Assembly (NCBI GenBank): GCA_963677925.2
Contig: CAXXYH010000004.1
Coordinates: 96,001-160,000 of the forward strand
Source: Spirochaetia bacterium
Lineage (GTDB): Bacteria > Spirochaetota > Spirochaetia > UBA9216
DNA length: 64,000 nucleotides
Reading direction: 5' to 3'
This document shows, one piece after another, positions 10,254 to 20,908 of this stretch. Under the pieces are notes generated by a model. The model ran no database searches and was not told the origin of the DNA. It worked only from the letters and a program-made list of their open reading frames with translations. The translations under genes and the position numbers were made by a program. Numbering within the stretch: the stretch's first letter is position 1; each line of letters starts with the position of its first letter.

Positions 10254-10271
10254 GCATTCCATGTAAATATT

Positions 10272-10712
10272 TTAGATCACCGAATCAGCAACAGGATCCA
10301 GCTCCGGCGTCACAACATTAGCAACAGCCTCCTGGGATAGATCAACCTGCTCGGCCTCCTGTCTAGCCTGAGCCTCTTCTTTCGAGAATACAGGCTTAAA
10401 TTCCACATGTTCCGCAACAATCTTCAGTCTGGATTTAAACACTCCCTCCTTATCATTCCATCTGTCCTGTTTCAGACGACCGACAACTCTGGCCCCCTGC
10501 CCCTTTTGAAGTCCGTTCTCACAAACAACCCCCAGTCTGGACCAGGCTTCCACATCAATAAAGGAAACCTCTTTCTGATATTCCTCATCCTGCTTAAAGT
10601 ACCTGTTGGTTGCAATTGTGAAATTACATATTTTAGTCTCCTTAGGGGTTTCATTTAAAACCGGATCTCTGACCAGGTTTCCCTCAACTAATACTGAATT
10701 AAGACTGTTCAT
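10272..10712 (-). CDS. ssb: Single-stranded DNA-binding protein
   Basis: NSVLVEGNLVRDP, FTIATNR, VVGRLKQDRW; RBS GGAG before ATG 10712. Confidence 0.9.
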   Translation of the reverse strand: MNSLNSVLVEGNLVRDPVLNETPKETKICNFTIATNRYFKQDEEYQKEVSFIDVEAWSRLGVVCENGLQKGQGARVVGRLKQDRWNDKEGVFKSRLKIVAEHVEFKPVFSKEEAQARQEAEQVDLSQEAVANVVTPELDPVADSVI

Positions 10713-10854
10713 TTTTCTCCTCGATAATTTTGATATAAAGCACCGGAACTTGACTGATATAAACTGAATTATCTTCATCATGATTCAAATTAATAATTGC
10801 CGTGCTTGATTGTTGCATCCGATCGGATTATTATGGAATTTCACGGAGGAGCAT

Positions 10855-11949
10855 ATGGCTAAAGGTTTTACACTCGAGACTTATCCATGGGTCTACATTG
10901 CCAAGTACAATGAAAATAATGAATGGACTGAAGAATTCATCGAAAATCCGCATCTTACTCCTGCTGAAGAAGCTGCTCTTTCTACCGATGATTTTTCTGA
11001 ACTGCTTGCAAAGAGAAACTCGTTTCCCCAGCTTCCGCTGGTAAACTATACATCACAGTACGGACTGGGCTGCTTTGAAGGTCTTAAAGCCTTTCCTCAG
11101 AAGGACGGCAACCTGAAACTTTTCAGACCTGATGAAAATGCGTCACGAATGTATTCTTCGATGGAAGGACTGATGATGCCTCCATTTCCGGCGGATATGT
11201 TTGTCGAAGCCTGCAAGAAGGTAGTTAAACTTAATAAGGACAGCGGATTCTATCCTGAATACGACGCTGAGTGGGAAAAAGACAACTATATTACCGGTCA
11301 TTCTATTTACCTGAGACCCTTCACATATTCCGAACCGGCAATCGGCCTGAACATATCATCCCATCCCTGGGTTGTTATTGTGGCAACCCCTGTCGGAGCT
11401 TACTTTGCTCCGGGAAACTCAAAGGCACTGGTAACCGACAAGTTCAGGGCAACCCCTAACGGAACAGGCTGGATCAAATGTAATGCAAATTATGTTATTC
11501 CCATCCTGGCTAAAAAAGAAGCTGTTAAAGCAGGTTACATGGAAGCAGTCTTCCTCGACTCTATCGAACAGAAATATGTTGAAGAAGGATCTTCATGTAA
11601 TATTTTCTTTAAACTTAAAAACGGCAGTCTTGTTACCCCCGAACTGGGAGATACAATTCTTCCGGGCATCAACCGTAAAACTGTCATCACTCTTGCAAAA
11701 GAGATGGGCATTACGGTTGAAGAAAGAAAAATAGCAATAGATGAAGTTCTCAGCGATGCAGTAGAGTCCTTTGTTACAGGAACTGCGGCTGGCGTTTCAT
11801 TCCTTGAATCAATTACCTACAATGGAAAAACTGCTGTTTTCAATAACGGGGAACAGGGTGAACTCACGACCACCCTTCTTAAGACCCTGAAGAGTATCCA
11901 GTACGGAGCAGCTGAAGATAAACATGAATGGATGTCTGATTCAATCTGA
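10855..11949 (+). CDS. ilvE: Branched-chain amino acid aminotransferase
   Basis: YGLGCFEGLKA, LFRPDEN, IYLRP, KCNANY, EEGSSCNIF, ILPGINR, GTAA; RBS GGAGG. Confidence 0.92.
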   Translation: MAKGFTLETYPWVYIAKYNENNEWTEEFIENPHLTPAEEAALSTDDFSELLAKRNSFPQLPLVNYTSQYGLGCFEGLKAFPQKDGNLKLFRPDENASRMYSSMEGLMMPPFPADMFVEACKKVVKLNKDSGFYPEYDAEWEKDNYITGHSIYLRPFTYSEPAIGLNISSHPWVVIVATPVGAYFAPGNSKALVTDKFRATPNGTGWIKCNANYVIPILAKKEAVKAGYMEAVFLDSIEQKYVEEGSSCNIFFKLKNGSLVTPELGDTILPGINRKTVITLAKEMGITVEERKIAIDEVLSDAVESFVTGTAAGVSFLESITYNGKTAVFNNGEQGELTTTLLKTLKSIQYGAAEDKHEWMSDSI

Positions 11950-11972
11950 TTAAAGCAAGCATCTTATATAGC

Positions 11973-12009
11973 AAGGCTGACCTGTGAACTAACCGGTCAG
12001 CCTTTTTTT
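11973..12009 (+). terminator. Intrinsic terminator after ilvE
   Basis: AAGGCTGACC...GGTCAGCC followed by a T7 run. Confidence 0.75.
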
Positions 12010-12010
12010 G

Positions 12011-15000
12011 TCAGAAATTGAGCTTTGTCATATCCCGCGGAATACTTCCGTAAATCTGCAGTCTGTAATCATCTACCGGGTAGAATACCGCCTTTGAGTT
12101 CAGGTAGGAAAGGTTAACAGTATTCGGCTTCTCGAGTGAGTTCGGATCTCTGGCAAGTAGATCATAATACTCGGTGGATTCTGTCAGAAGAACCATAGAT
12201 TCTGCATTTTTCTTCGGGTCTCTGGTTTTCTCGTAAAGCCGGTACTTTGTAACTCCCAGATTATTGCTTACCTTCATCAGGTTCTCTACCAGTGCCCGGT
12301 GTTCAGGGATTTCATCGATAAGCAGATAGGAAATAGCAGAATATTCCTTGTTCAGAATATCAAGCAGATGCATGTACATCCCTTCTGCAAGGTAGAAATC
12401 GTTCCGGTTAAAAAGTGTATTTGCAGTCGAGTACATTAAGTCTTTATCAACAGAAAAACCTTCCGCTGTATCATAAAACTCTATGAGGGCTTTACGGTAA
12501 TCCTCATTATAGTAATATACATAGCCCTTCTTGTATTTCAAATCGCGGTTGGTAAACAGGTTGTCCTCGGCTTCCTGAAAGAATTTAAGGGCTGAATCAA
12601 AATCACCGCTTATGTAATAGGCAAGATCTCCCAGGTTACTATAAATGCTGCCGTACTTGGCTTCAGGTTTCAGCTGATCCCTGGCAAGTGCATCCTCGTA
12701 ATTTGTCAGGGCCTTCTGAAAATATTCTTCGGCATCAAGATACATTTCTCTATCATACAAAACAGTGCCGTAGCGGTTATATGAATCAACAAGCATTCCT
12801 GTTCTGGTAGATGTAAGAGGCGATGTATGCTCAAAAAGCCATATTGCTGCACTGAGCGCCTTATCCTCTTCATCAGGAATATCAAGTATTTCAAAATATC
12901 GGGCCAGATTATAATGAATTTCAGGAATGCTTTCATCAAGCCTTCTGGCAGTAAACAGGATATCACGAACATCACCCAGCTGTCCCTTGTCTATAAAATA
13001 TCCTGCGAGTTCTGCATATATCGAAGGTTCAATCTTGGCTTTAGGATTATCCTTGAAAGCATTGTACAGAACCATAGCTTCCTGATAATTATCTGTCCGT
13101 ATAAAATACCTGAGCATCCGGAAAAGCAGGACATCTCTGTGTCCGTACTGTTCAAGAAGCTTGGCATAGTGAAATCGGGCTTCATCATAAAGTGCCGGAT
13201 TCAGCTCCTGTGCCCATTCCATATAGGTATCACCCAGCATCAGCCTCGCATCATAATCAAAAAGATCATCCGCAAGAAGCTGCTTCAGCAGAGCTTCTGC
13301 TTCCGGGTACTTCCCGAGGATTCTGAACTCCAAATCCGCATAATCGAGCCTTCCCTGCCTTTCATCAGGATACCAGGCAAGAAGTGATTCATATTTTTCT
13401 TCAGCAAGCAGATACTGCTTCTGGTTTACAAATTCTTCAGCATATTTAAAAAACCAGCTTTTCTTCTTCCATTCATTAAATCCGCGGTTAAAATAATTAT
13501 TGGCCTGCATATAGTTTCCGGCCTGGATTTCCTCATAACCGGTTTTATACAGCGATTCTGCATGCAGCGGAGTATATAGAAATTTGAAACCTAAAAATAG
13601 AATCAGACCAAGTGCTGCAGCGGCAAGCATAGCCGTTCTGAACATTGGAATAAAGTTTCTCTTAAATGCATAGAGAAAGGTTCCCCGCTCAGATTCAAAA
13701 TCCTCAGCAGTTTTTCTTTCATATTGTGTCGGTATCTGGACTTTTTTTCCGGTAATCTTTGAAACAATTGAGCCGAGTTCTTTTGGAGTTGCCCCTGAGG
13801 TAAGCCCTCTGAGCAGTTTATCAAGGTTTTCTCCTGCAAGCCGCTTCTCTCCAATCAATTCCTCTATAATTATCTTGAGGTTTCTGGGGAGGGTTATGAG
13901 GGTCTTTTTAATCTGCTCAAACTCATCATCAGGAACGGCATAGTTGTCATCGCCTGACAAATCCTGATACCCGGCTGCGGATTCATCCTGATCTTCCATT
14001 GGAATATTTTCCAGCACGCCGTAATCGGTGTCTTCACCGTCATCAAGACCGAATTCTCCGCCTAGATCACCAAGGCTGAACTCCGAAGCCTCAATATCAT
14101 CGTCATCGATTTCACCCATGCTGAAATCTTCCAGACTGAACTCATCGGAAGAATCTTCTTCGGTGTCTATACTGAACTCTGTTTCACCGGAATCTGTTTC
14201 TTCTCCAAAAGAATCGTCAAAAGATTCGGCACCGAAGCTGTCATCTTCCATATTAAAATCCGGCGGCCCGGGCTCTTCATCTTCAAATGTAAAATCTGTA
14301 TCGTCAAAAGAAAGAGAATCTTCTTCCCCGGAAAAATCATCAGGCATTGAAAAGTCTGTATCAAAATCAGACACAGGTTCCTCTTCATCTGCAAAATCCT
14401 CAATACCGCCTTCGTCAGCACTGATTTCCTCATCATCAAAGCTCATATCGAAGTCGATTTCCGAACCATCGGCCTCTGCTGAGGGTTCATCACTTAAATC
14501 ATCAAAATCAGTTATGTCAGCATCAGCAGTATCAAAATTAGGCTCATCCAGAAAATCAGCAAGAAGATCATCCTCAGACTCTGAAGCCTCTGAAGAATCA
14601 TCAGTACCCGGAGTATCGAAATCGCCCATGGATTCCTCAAAGTCAGCCTGTAAATCCTCCTCAGGCTCCCCGCCTAAGTCCTCTTCCAGACCATCCGTCA
14701 GACCTTCGGGAATCCCGAAATCATCCATTGCGTCATCAAAGTCGGCGAATATATCAGCTTCATCGTCAGCGGGAATCTCAGCCCCGGTATCAGCATCAGC
14801 TGCGGTATCAAAATCTATATCAAATTCATCCGCTTCAGCAGCGAAAGGCTCTTCAATATTCTCTTTAGAGATATCTTCTTCCGGTTCAGGTTCAAGATCC
14901 AGATCGAAACCGAAGGTATCATCTTCAGATTCAGCTCCACTCTCATCAAGAGCTTCATCAAGCCCGTCCAGAAGACCTTCAGGAATCCCGAAGTCATCGG

Positions 15001-15319
15001 AAAAATCTTCAGAATCAACAACTTCCTCAAAACCTTCAGGAGCCTCCTGAATTTCTTCATCAGCGCCCTGAATAAGAGTTTCCTCCGGTTCGGCAGGGGG
15101 TTCGGTAAGTTCATCGCCGAACATCTGCTCAAGGATATCATCACCGCCGTCATCAGATAAGGACGTATCATCAAAAAGATCACTCAGATCATCAGCAGAT
15201 GAAGCTTCAGGCGGAGTAATTTCGGGCATAGTTTCACCCTTTTCCGCGCGAATTTGAGGTTCATTTCCGAGTCTTGCAAATTCATTTTTAAATTCTTCTA
15301 TATCCTGAAGTTCGGGCAT
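12011..15319 (-). CDS. flcA: Periplasmic flagellar collar protein FlcA
   Basis: N-terminal LGNEPQIRAEKGE motif, long acidic low-complexity region, LPRNLK motif, single TM and TPR-rich C-terminal half, as in spirochaete FlcA. Confidence 0.8.
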   Translation of the reverse strand: MPELQDIEEFKNEFARLGNEPQIRAEKGETMPEITPPEASSADDLSDLFDDTSLSDDGGDDILEQMFGDELTEPPAEPEETLIQGADEEIQEAPEGFEEVVDSEDFSDDFGIPEGLLDGLDEALDESGAESEDDTFGFDLDLEPEPEEDISKENIEEPFAAEADEFDIDFDTAADADTGAEIPADDEADIFADFDDAMDDFGIPEGLTDGLEEDLGGEPEEDLQADFEESMGDFDTPGTDDSSEASESEDDLLADFLDEPNFDTADADITDFDDLSDEPSAEADGSEIDFDMSFDDEEISADEGGIEDFADEEEPVSDFDTDFSMPDDFSGEEDSLSFDDTDFTFEDEEPGPPDFNMEDDSFGAESFDDSFGEETDSGETEFSIDTEEDSSDEFSLEDFSMGEIDDDDIEASEFSLGDLGGEFGLDDGEDTDYGVLENIPMEDQDESAAGYQDLSGDDNYAVPDDEFEQIKKTLITLPRNLKIIIEELIGEKRLAGENLDKLLRGLTSGATPKELGSIVSKITGKKVQIPTQYERKTAEDFESERGTFLYAFKRNFIPMFRTAMLAAAALGLILFLGFKFLYTPLHAESLYKTGYEEIQAGNYMQANNYFNRGFNEWKKKSWFFKYAEEFVNQKQYLLAEEKYESLLAWYPDERQGRLDYADLEFRILGKYPEAEALLKQLLADDLFDYDARLMLGDTYMEWAQELNPALYDEARFHYAKLLEQYGHRDVLLFRMLRYFIRTDNYQEAMVLYNAFKDNPKAKIEPSIYAELAGYFIDKGQLGDVRDILFTARRLDESIPEIHYNLARYFEILDIPDEEDKALSAAIWLFEHTSPLTSTRTGMLVDSYNRYGTVLYDREMYLDAEEYFQKALTNYEDALARDQLKPEAKYGSIYSNLGDLAYYISGDFDSALKFFQEAEDNLFTNRDLKYKKGYVYYYNEDYRKALIEFYDTAEGFSVDKDLMYSTANTLFNRNDFYLAEGMYMHLLDILNKEYSAISYLLIDEIPEHRALVENLMKVSNNLGVTKYRLYEKTRDPKKNAESMVLLTESTEYYDLLARDPNSLEKPNTVNLSYLNSKAVFYPVDDYRLQIYGSIPRDMTKLNF

Positions 15320-15429
15320 ACTTGAATTTCGGTAAATTACCAGCTGCTTGTTAGGTTTTTATATCCTTATGGATATTTAAAATTATATCTCAAGAGGGAA
15401 CAATCTGTCACCGAAAAATAAAACAGTAT

Positions 15430-16134
15430 ATGAAATACCGCGTAATTATTGCTGTTTTTACAGTTATACTGTCAGTTTTTCCACTCTTTGCCGCTGAAGA
15501 AGAGGTAACCGTAAGGCTTCACTTTGCTATCACTGAAGCCACAGTTTCTTCTCCTCCGGAAATAATAGACAACCACCTTGTTCTTACCTATAAGGGAAAC
15601 AGGAACTACCGCTTTGTCGGAGCTGCATTCAGACATGAAGATTTCAAGCAGATCCATCCCTTCTATGTGAATACAAACGGAGTCTACATACTCACTTATT
15701 CTCTCCCGAAGGATCTGGAGGAAGTTGAATACAGGCTGGTTGTGGATGGATTGTGGATGACGGATCCGACAAATCCGGTAGTACAGAAGGATTTCGGCGG
15801 TGTTTACTTTTCAAGGTATCAGCTGCCCCAGAAGGAAAAACTTCTTGTCTCACCTGACGTAGCCGGTGAGCAGGTCACCTTCACCTACCGGGGAGCTCCG
15901 GGCCAGATGGTTTATGTATACGGCGATTTCAACAACTGGGACCCCTTTATGTACAGACTTAACGAGATAGGCAGCAACGGGGTTTATTCAACAAGATTGA
16001 GGATTACAAACGGAAAATATAAATATAAGTTCATTGTGGACGGAACAGCCATGGCAGATCCGCTTAACGGTTCAAAAGCCATAGATATATTCGGCGAACT
16101 TGTATCAATGCTCACTGTAGAAGGTCTGTACTGA
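15430..16134 (+). CDS. Secreted protein with two CBM48/AMPK-beta-like glycogen-binding (E-set) domains
   Basis: Signal peptide; YRLVVDGLWMTDPTN; VYVYGDFNNWDP; YKYKFIVDG. Confidence 0.8.
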   Translation: MKYRVIIAVFTVILSVFPLFAAEEEVTVRLHFAITEATVSSPPEIIDNHLVLTYKGNRNYRFVGAAFRHEDFKQIHPFYVNTNGVYILTYSLPKDLEEVEYRLVVDGLWMTDPTNPVVQKDFGGVYFSRYQLPQKEKLLVSPDVAGEQVTFTYRGAPGQMVYVYGDFNNWDPFMYRLNEIGSNGVYSTRLRITNGKYKYKFIVDGTAMADPLNGSKAIDIFGELVSMLTVEGLY

Positions 16135-17062
16135 AAATAATCAAATCATAGCTGTCTGCAGTTTCAGCCTTTGAATCATAGCGGACCTGGTCATTATCCG
16201 CCTCAATAACAGAAGACCGCCCTTCCCACAGAAGGTCGAGATATGAACCGACTGCACATACCGTCATTCCGTAATCGACGTTAGATTCCGCAATTCTTGC
16301 AGGCAGCGCTCTCATAAAACTGCGCTGCTGCTCCCTGTCAAAGATTTCACCGTTCGCTTTAATATCTATCCATAAGAAAGCATCCTGAAATCTCTCCTCC
16401 CAGTCAGGGAAATATGTATCACGGCAGATTGATACGCCAATACTGTAACCGCTGACATGGAACAGTTCGGCTTCACTTATTTTTCCGGGCTCAAGACCTA
16501 CAATCTCGGTCTCAAATTCAGTCAAAAAAACCTTATCCTGTGTATACTCCAGGCCGCCCGCCGGATTGAATACATAAGTCCGGTTCCGGACAGAGCCGTC
16601 TTCTTCATCGGGCACAAAGAAACTTCCAGCCAGAATGTAAACACCATATTCAGATGAAAGCTCAGCCCATCTTGATAGCGCGCTAGCCAGGATTTCCTCT
16701 GTATTCTGAAAAACATCAGTCAGGTTATCAACATCATTGTCAGACTGAACTATAGAACCAAGCGCAGAGGCAAAGCTGTCATATGCTTTTACTTTGCTGT
16801 AATACGGAATCAGCTGTACAAAAACACCAGTATATTCGGGAAATATTATCAAATCAGGATCACAGCTGCTCAGAACTTCATCAAGAATCTCCTCGACTCC
16901 TGTAAAGAAACCGTTAAGACTCTTATAATTGTTAATATCTATTTCATACTGGATACCGGCAACCGTTAATCCGTTTTCAGTTGAATTCTGCCCGAAACAG
17001 GGAAGCAGGACAGCCGATAAAAGAAGCACAGATGCAGTAACTTTTCTGTAAAAACAAAACAT
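16112..17062 (-). CDS. Carbon-nitrogen hydrolase (nitrilase superfamily) protein with signal peptide
   Basis: E-K-C triad contexts IFPEY, QDKVFL, SICRD. Confidence 0.8.
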   Translation of the reverse strand: MFCFYRKVTASVLLLSAVLLPCFGQNSTENGLTVAGIQYEIDINNYKSLNGFFTGVEEILDEVLSSCDPDLIIFPEYTGVFVQLIPYYSKVKAYDSFASALGSIVQSDNDVDNLTDVFQNTEEILASALSRWAELSSEYGVYILAGSFFVPDEEDGSVRNRTYVFNPAGGLEYTQDKVFLTEFETEIVGLEPGKISEAELFHVSGYSIGVSICRDTYFPDWEERFQDAFLWIDIKANGEIFDREQQRSFMRALPARIAESNVDYGMTVCAVGSYLDLLWEGRSSVIEADNDQVRYDSKAETADSYDLIIFSTDLLQ

Positions 17063-17175
17063 CGGGCCGATTGTAGCATCAAATAAATATTATTTAAACC
17101 GTTATTGCCTGCCTAAAATATTCAGGTTATGATTGATGCACATTAGAAACTCTTAAATTTAAGAAGGAACCAGCT

Positions 17176-17769
17176 ATGCCGACTCTGAACCTTGTATTAC
17201 GACGTAAATCAGATGATATTATGATATTTTCTCCTGCACCATGGTTCAGAATACTTTTTCTTGTTTTGACGGCAGCAATAGCCGTAGGCTTATATGCAGT
17301 CTACGGAGATCTGAAAGCATCTGGCGAACCGATGACCGGCTTAATTGTTCCTACTCTAATCGGGATCTTCTGTCTGGCAGGGATGCTTTATGAAGAAATA
17401 TGGATATTCGACCGAAAGCAGAGAATAATATATCACCGCTTTGGACTTAAAATACTTTCTAAAAAATCTGCATACAGTTTTGATGATTCAGAATCTCTGG
17501 AGCTTGTTATATTTCTTAGGGGTGCGGAATCAGATGGTAGTGCAGATCACGAGATAACAATAGGAAAACGTTTCGGAAAAACCACCGACGGCATGAATGG
17601 AATAAAGAATAAAATCATCCACCCGAAATACCATCAGGAACTTCTGTTAAATATCAGCGATGACAGAGCAGTGAAAATAGAAACAATTGACAGCCGTAAT
17701 ACTGAAAGCCTGGAGAAAAAGGCCGGAATACTTTCAGACTTCACCGGCCTTCCGCTCGTGAAAGAATAA
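17176..17769 (+). CDS. Hypothetical membrane protein (2 TM)
   Basis: RBS AAGGA; two hydrophobic helices; downstream terminator. Confidence 0.7.
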   Translation: MPTLNLVLRRKSDDIMIFSPAPWFRILFLVLTAAIAVGLYAVYGDLKASGEPMTGLIVPTLIGIFCLAGMLYEEIWIFDRKQRIIYHRFGLKILSKKSAYSFDDSESLELVIFLRGAESDGSADHEITIGKRFGKTTDGMNGIKNKIIHPKYHQELLLNISDDRAVKIETIDSRNTESLEKKAGILSDFTGLPLVKE

Positions 17770-17798
17770 AAAAAGCCGTCCAGGGTTTCCGGACGGCT
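17770..17798. terminator. Terminator hairpin between convergent genes
   Basis: A-tract then AGCCGTCC...GGACGGCT. Confidence 0.6.
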
Positions 17799-17820
17799 AT
17801 ATAATCAATTAAAATTTGTA

Positions 17821-18816
17821 CTACTCGTATAAAAAACAGGCTACCTGATGCTTCTCTCCCTGCTCCTTAAGCTGGGGAATGCTGTTCTTGCACCTATCCA
17901 TTTTCTTGGGACAGCGGTCATAGAAATAACATCCTGTGCGTTCACGATCCGGAGAAGGAACATCTCCCGAAAGAATAATTCTCTTCCGGTTGCGCTCAAC
18001 ATCAGGATCAGGAATCGGGACTGCAGAAAGAAGGGCTTCCGTATACGGATGAAGCGGTCTTTTATACAGTTCGTCCGCCTTTGATATTTCAACTATCTTT
18101 CCAAGGTACATTACAGCGACCCTGGTACTGATATGCTGGATAACCGCAAGGTCATGTGCAATAAACAGGAAGGTAAGATCGAACTCCTTCTGAAGGTCAT
18201 CAAGAAGATTAAGAATCTGGGACTGGATTGAAACGTCAAGCGCAGAAACCGGTTCATCAGCAAGAATCAGTTTGGGGTTCAGAGCAAGAGCACGGGCTAC
18301 GCCGATTCGCTGTCTCTGCCCTCCTGAAAACTCATGGGGATATCGGTTTTTAAAGAACCTTGACAGGCCAACCTTTTCCATAAGGTCTTCAACCCTGGCG
18401 TTAATCTGCTGCTGGGACATCTTCAGCATTCCCCGGTTTTTGTAGATAACCATCGGCTCTGCAATGATATTTCCTGCCGTCATCCTGGGGTTCAGCGAAG
18501 CGTAGGGATCCTGGAAAACCATCTGAATACCCTTTCTTGCCTGAAGCAGATCATGCTCCTTTGCATTGCACAGATCCACCCCTTCATAGATAACCTCACC
18601 TGAGGTCGGTTTATGAAGCTGGGCTATACATCTTGCTGTTGTGGATTTTCCGCAACCTGACTCGCCTACGAGTCCGAGGGTTTCACCCTTTTCTATCTCA
18701 AAGTCTATGCCGTCAATTGCACGAATGGCGCCGACTTTCTTTTTAAGTATTACCCCTTCTTCAATGGGGAAATGCATTTTCAGGTTCTTAACCTGAAGAA
18801 GTGTATTATCTGCCAT
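17821..18816 (-). CDS. oppF: Oligopeptide ABC transporter ATP-binding protein
   Basis: GESGCGKS, FSGGQRQR, DEPVSALD, C-terminal Cys motif. Confidence 0.92.
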   Translation of the reverse strand: MADNTLLQVKNLKMHFPIEEGVILKKKVGAIRAIDGIDFEIEKGETLGLVGESGCGKSTTARCIAQLHKPTSGEVIYEGVDLCNAKEHDLLQARKGIQMVFQDPYASLNPRMTAGNIIAEPMVIYKNRGMLKMSQQQINARVEDLMEKVGLSRFFKNRYPHEFSGGQRQRIGVARALALNPKLILADEPVSALDVSIQSQILNLLDDLQKEFDLTFLFIAHDLAVIQHISTRVAVMYLGKIVEISKADELYKRPLHPYTEALLSAVPIPDPDVERNRKRIILSGDVPSPDRERTGCYFYDRCPKKMDRCKNSIPQLKEQGEKHQVACFLYE

Positions 18817-19796
18817 TATTTTTCCTCCTCATAAAGCCAGCATCTGACCTGACGGCCTTCACCGAATTCTATTCTTGGAGGATATGTATTCCGGCATTTA
18901 TCCATAGCCTTTTCGCAGCGGGGATGGAAGGGGCAGCATTCCGGTAAATCAATTACGTTAGGCGGCTGACCCTTAATTGAGTAGAGCTTCTCATCAGTCG
19001 GCTTATCAAGCCTGGGAACTGACTTTATCAGGCCCTGAGTATATGGATGCCTGGGTTCCTTGAATATCTCATCGTTGGTACCCTTCTCAACAATACGGCC
19101 GGCGTACATAACGCAGACAGTATCACAGATTCCGGCAACTACACCAAGGTCGTGTGTAATCATGATTACAGCTGTATTCATCTTTGTGCAGAGATCCTGC
19201 ATTACCTCAATAATCTGTGCCTGAATTGTTACATCAAGAGCTGATGTAGGCTCATCGGCAATTAGAATCTCAGGGTCACAGCTGAGCGCCATCGCAATCA
19301 TTACCCTCTGGCGCATACCGCCGGAAAACTGATGCGGGTAATCATTGATTCGCTTTGACGGGTTGGGAATTCCAACCATTTCAAGCATTTCAACTGCACG
19401 CTTTCGTGCAGCGTCTTTATCAAGATCCTGATGCAGCATAATTGTCTCAATCATCTGTGTTGAGATTCTGAGAAAGGGATTAAGGCTTGTCATCGGATCC
19501 TGGAATATCATCGAAATCCTGTTTCCACGAAGCTTCCTGATCTCGGCTTCGTTCATCTTGAAGATGTCCTCACCGTCAAGCAGAGCCTCTCCGCCCATAA
19601 TTTTCCCGGGAGGGGAAGGAATCAGCTTCATAAGCGACAGGTTGGTAACTGATTTACCCGATCCTGACTCACCTACAATTCCAAGCATCTCACCCTTCTT
19701 CAGCTGGAAGGAAACACCGTCAACGGCCTTAACAACGCCGTCATCCGTATTAAAATATGTTCTAAGGTCTTTAACCTCTAATATTACATCACTCAT
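18816..19796 (-). CDS. oppD: Oligopeptide ABC transporter ATP-binding protein
   Basis: [28 protein letters not shown]. Confidence 0.92.
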   Translation of the reverse strand: MSDVILEVKDLRTYFNTDDGVVKAVDGVSFQLKKGEMLGIVGESGSGKSVTNLSLMKLIPSPPGKIMGGEALLDGEDIFKMNEAEIRKLRGNRISMIFQDPMTSLNPFLRISTQMIETIMLHQDLDKDAARKRAVEMLEMVGIPNPSKRINDYPHQFSGGMRQRVMIAMALSCDPEILIADEPTSALDVTIQAQIIEVMQDLCTKMNTAVIMITHDLGVVAGICDTVCVMYAGRIVEKGTNDEIFKEPRHPYTQGLIKSVPRLDKPTDEKLYSIKGQPPNVIDLPECCPFHPRCEKAMDKCRNTYPPRIEFGEGRQVRCWLYEEEK

Positions 19797-19810
19797 TAAA
19801 CGCCCCGTCC

Positions 19811-20899
19811 TTATAGTTTATTCTTACTCTGAGGATCCAGAGCGTCACGCAGTCCGTCTCCGAAGAAGTTCATCGAAAACAGGAAGACTGTCATTGCAAC
19901 AGCGGGGAACCAGAGCATCCATGGATAGTTTGTCATGGCATAAACCCCGTCATGGATAAGAACACCCCAGGAGGCATACGGAGCCTGAACTCCGAGACCA
20001 AGAAATGAAAGAAAAGCTTCAAGCATTATAAAAGCCGGAACCCTCAGCGTTGTATAAACAACAATAACACTCATTGTGTTCGGTATAAGATGCTTGAATA
20101 CGATTCTTGCCGTACTTGCTCCTGCAGCACGGGCGGCTTCTACGAATTCCGAGTTTTTAAGTGATATTATCTGCCCGCGGACAACACGGCAGACAGTCAG
20201 CCAGCTCACCAGAGCGAGGGCCAGAAAAAGGTTGGTAATGCTTTTACCCCATATGGCCATCATGATGATAACGAGCAGCATGTAGGGCAGCGAGTACATG
20301 ATATCAACGAATCGCATCATCAGGGTGTCGAAGGTTCCGCCGATGTAACCCGCAAGAGCTCCTAGAATAACTCCGATAACTGCTGTCGCTATAGCGCCGA
20401 TAAGGCCTATCATTATTGAGACCTGACCGCCGTAGATTATTCTGGCAAGAAGATCACGTCCCAGCTCATCTGTACCAAGGTAGTAAACCCTGTCATGAAC
20501 CTGAACTTCCTCGCCTGTCAGAAGTACCTTTTTCTCGGTTGCAACCCGCTCCTTAAGTTCCTCAATCTGTTCAAGTTCCGACTTATTGAGTTCACGGCCT
20601 TCTTTTTCGGCAAATCTCGAAAGCAGGTCAACCTTCTTTTCTATGATCAGCTCTCCGGCTGTTTTGGTGGAAGGAGGGAGGTACTGATGCTCCAGAACCT
20701 GCTGCTTATATGAATAGATAGGGAGAATTCCGGCTGACAGTGAAATAATCGCGTAAATCACCATGAGGACCAGGCCTATCATTGCCATTTTGTTCTTTCG
20801 AAGCCGTCTCCAGGCATCGAGCCAGAGGCTCACACCCTTTACAGGCTGGTTAAGTTCATTAACCATTTTATTGTCTTCTGTTCTTATTACTTCGCTCAT
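19811..20899 (-). CDS. oppC: Oligopeptide ABC transporter permease
   Basis: LGTDELGRD, EAARAAGAS, GDGLRDALDP. Confidence 0.92.
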   Translation of the reverse strand: MSEVIRTEDNKMVNELNQPVKGVSLWLDAWRRLRKNKMAMIGLVLMVIYAIISLSAGILPIYSYKQQVLEHQYLPPSTKTAGELIIEKKVDLLSRFAEKEGRELNKSELEQIEELKERVATEKKVLLTGEEVQVHDRVYYLGTDELGRDLLARIIYGGQVSIMIGLIGAIATAVIGVILGALAGYIGGTFDTLMMRFVDIMYSLPYMLLVIIMMAIWGKSITNLFLALALVSWLTVCRVVRGQIISLKNSEFVEAARAAGASTARIVFKHLIPNTMSVIVVYTTLRVPAFIMLEAFLSFLGLGVQAPYASWGVLIHDGVYAMTNYPWMLWFPAVAMTVFLFSMNFFGDGLRDALDPQSKNKL

Positions 20900-20908
20900 G
20901 ACAACTCC

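Noticed and set aside
14028-15050. 340-aa Ser-rich ORF on the plus strand
   Set aside because: Antisense shadow of the Asp/Glu/Phe codons of flcA.
15326-15417. Possible divergent sigma28 promoters for flcA and the CBM48 gene (CCGAAA boxes)
   Set aside because: The -35 elements (TAAC, TCAA) are 1 nt off the expected spacing and the -10 boxes deviate; too weak to call.
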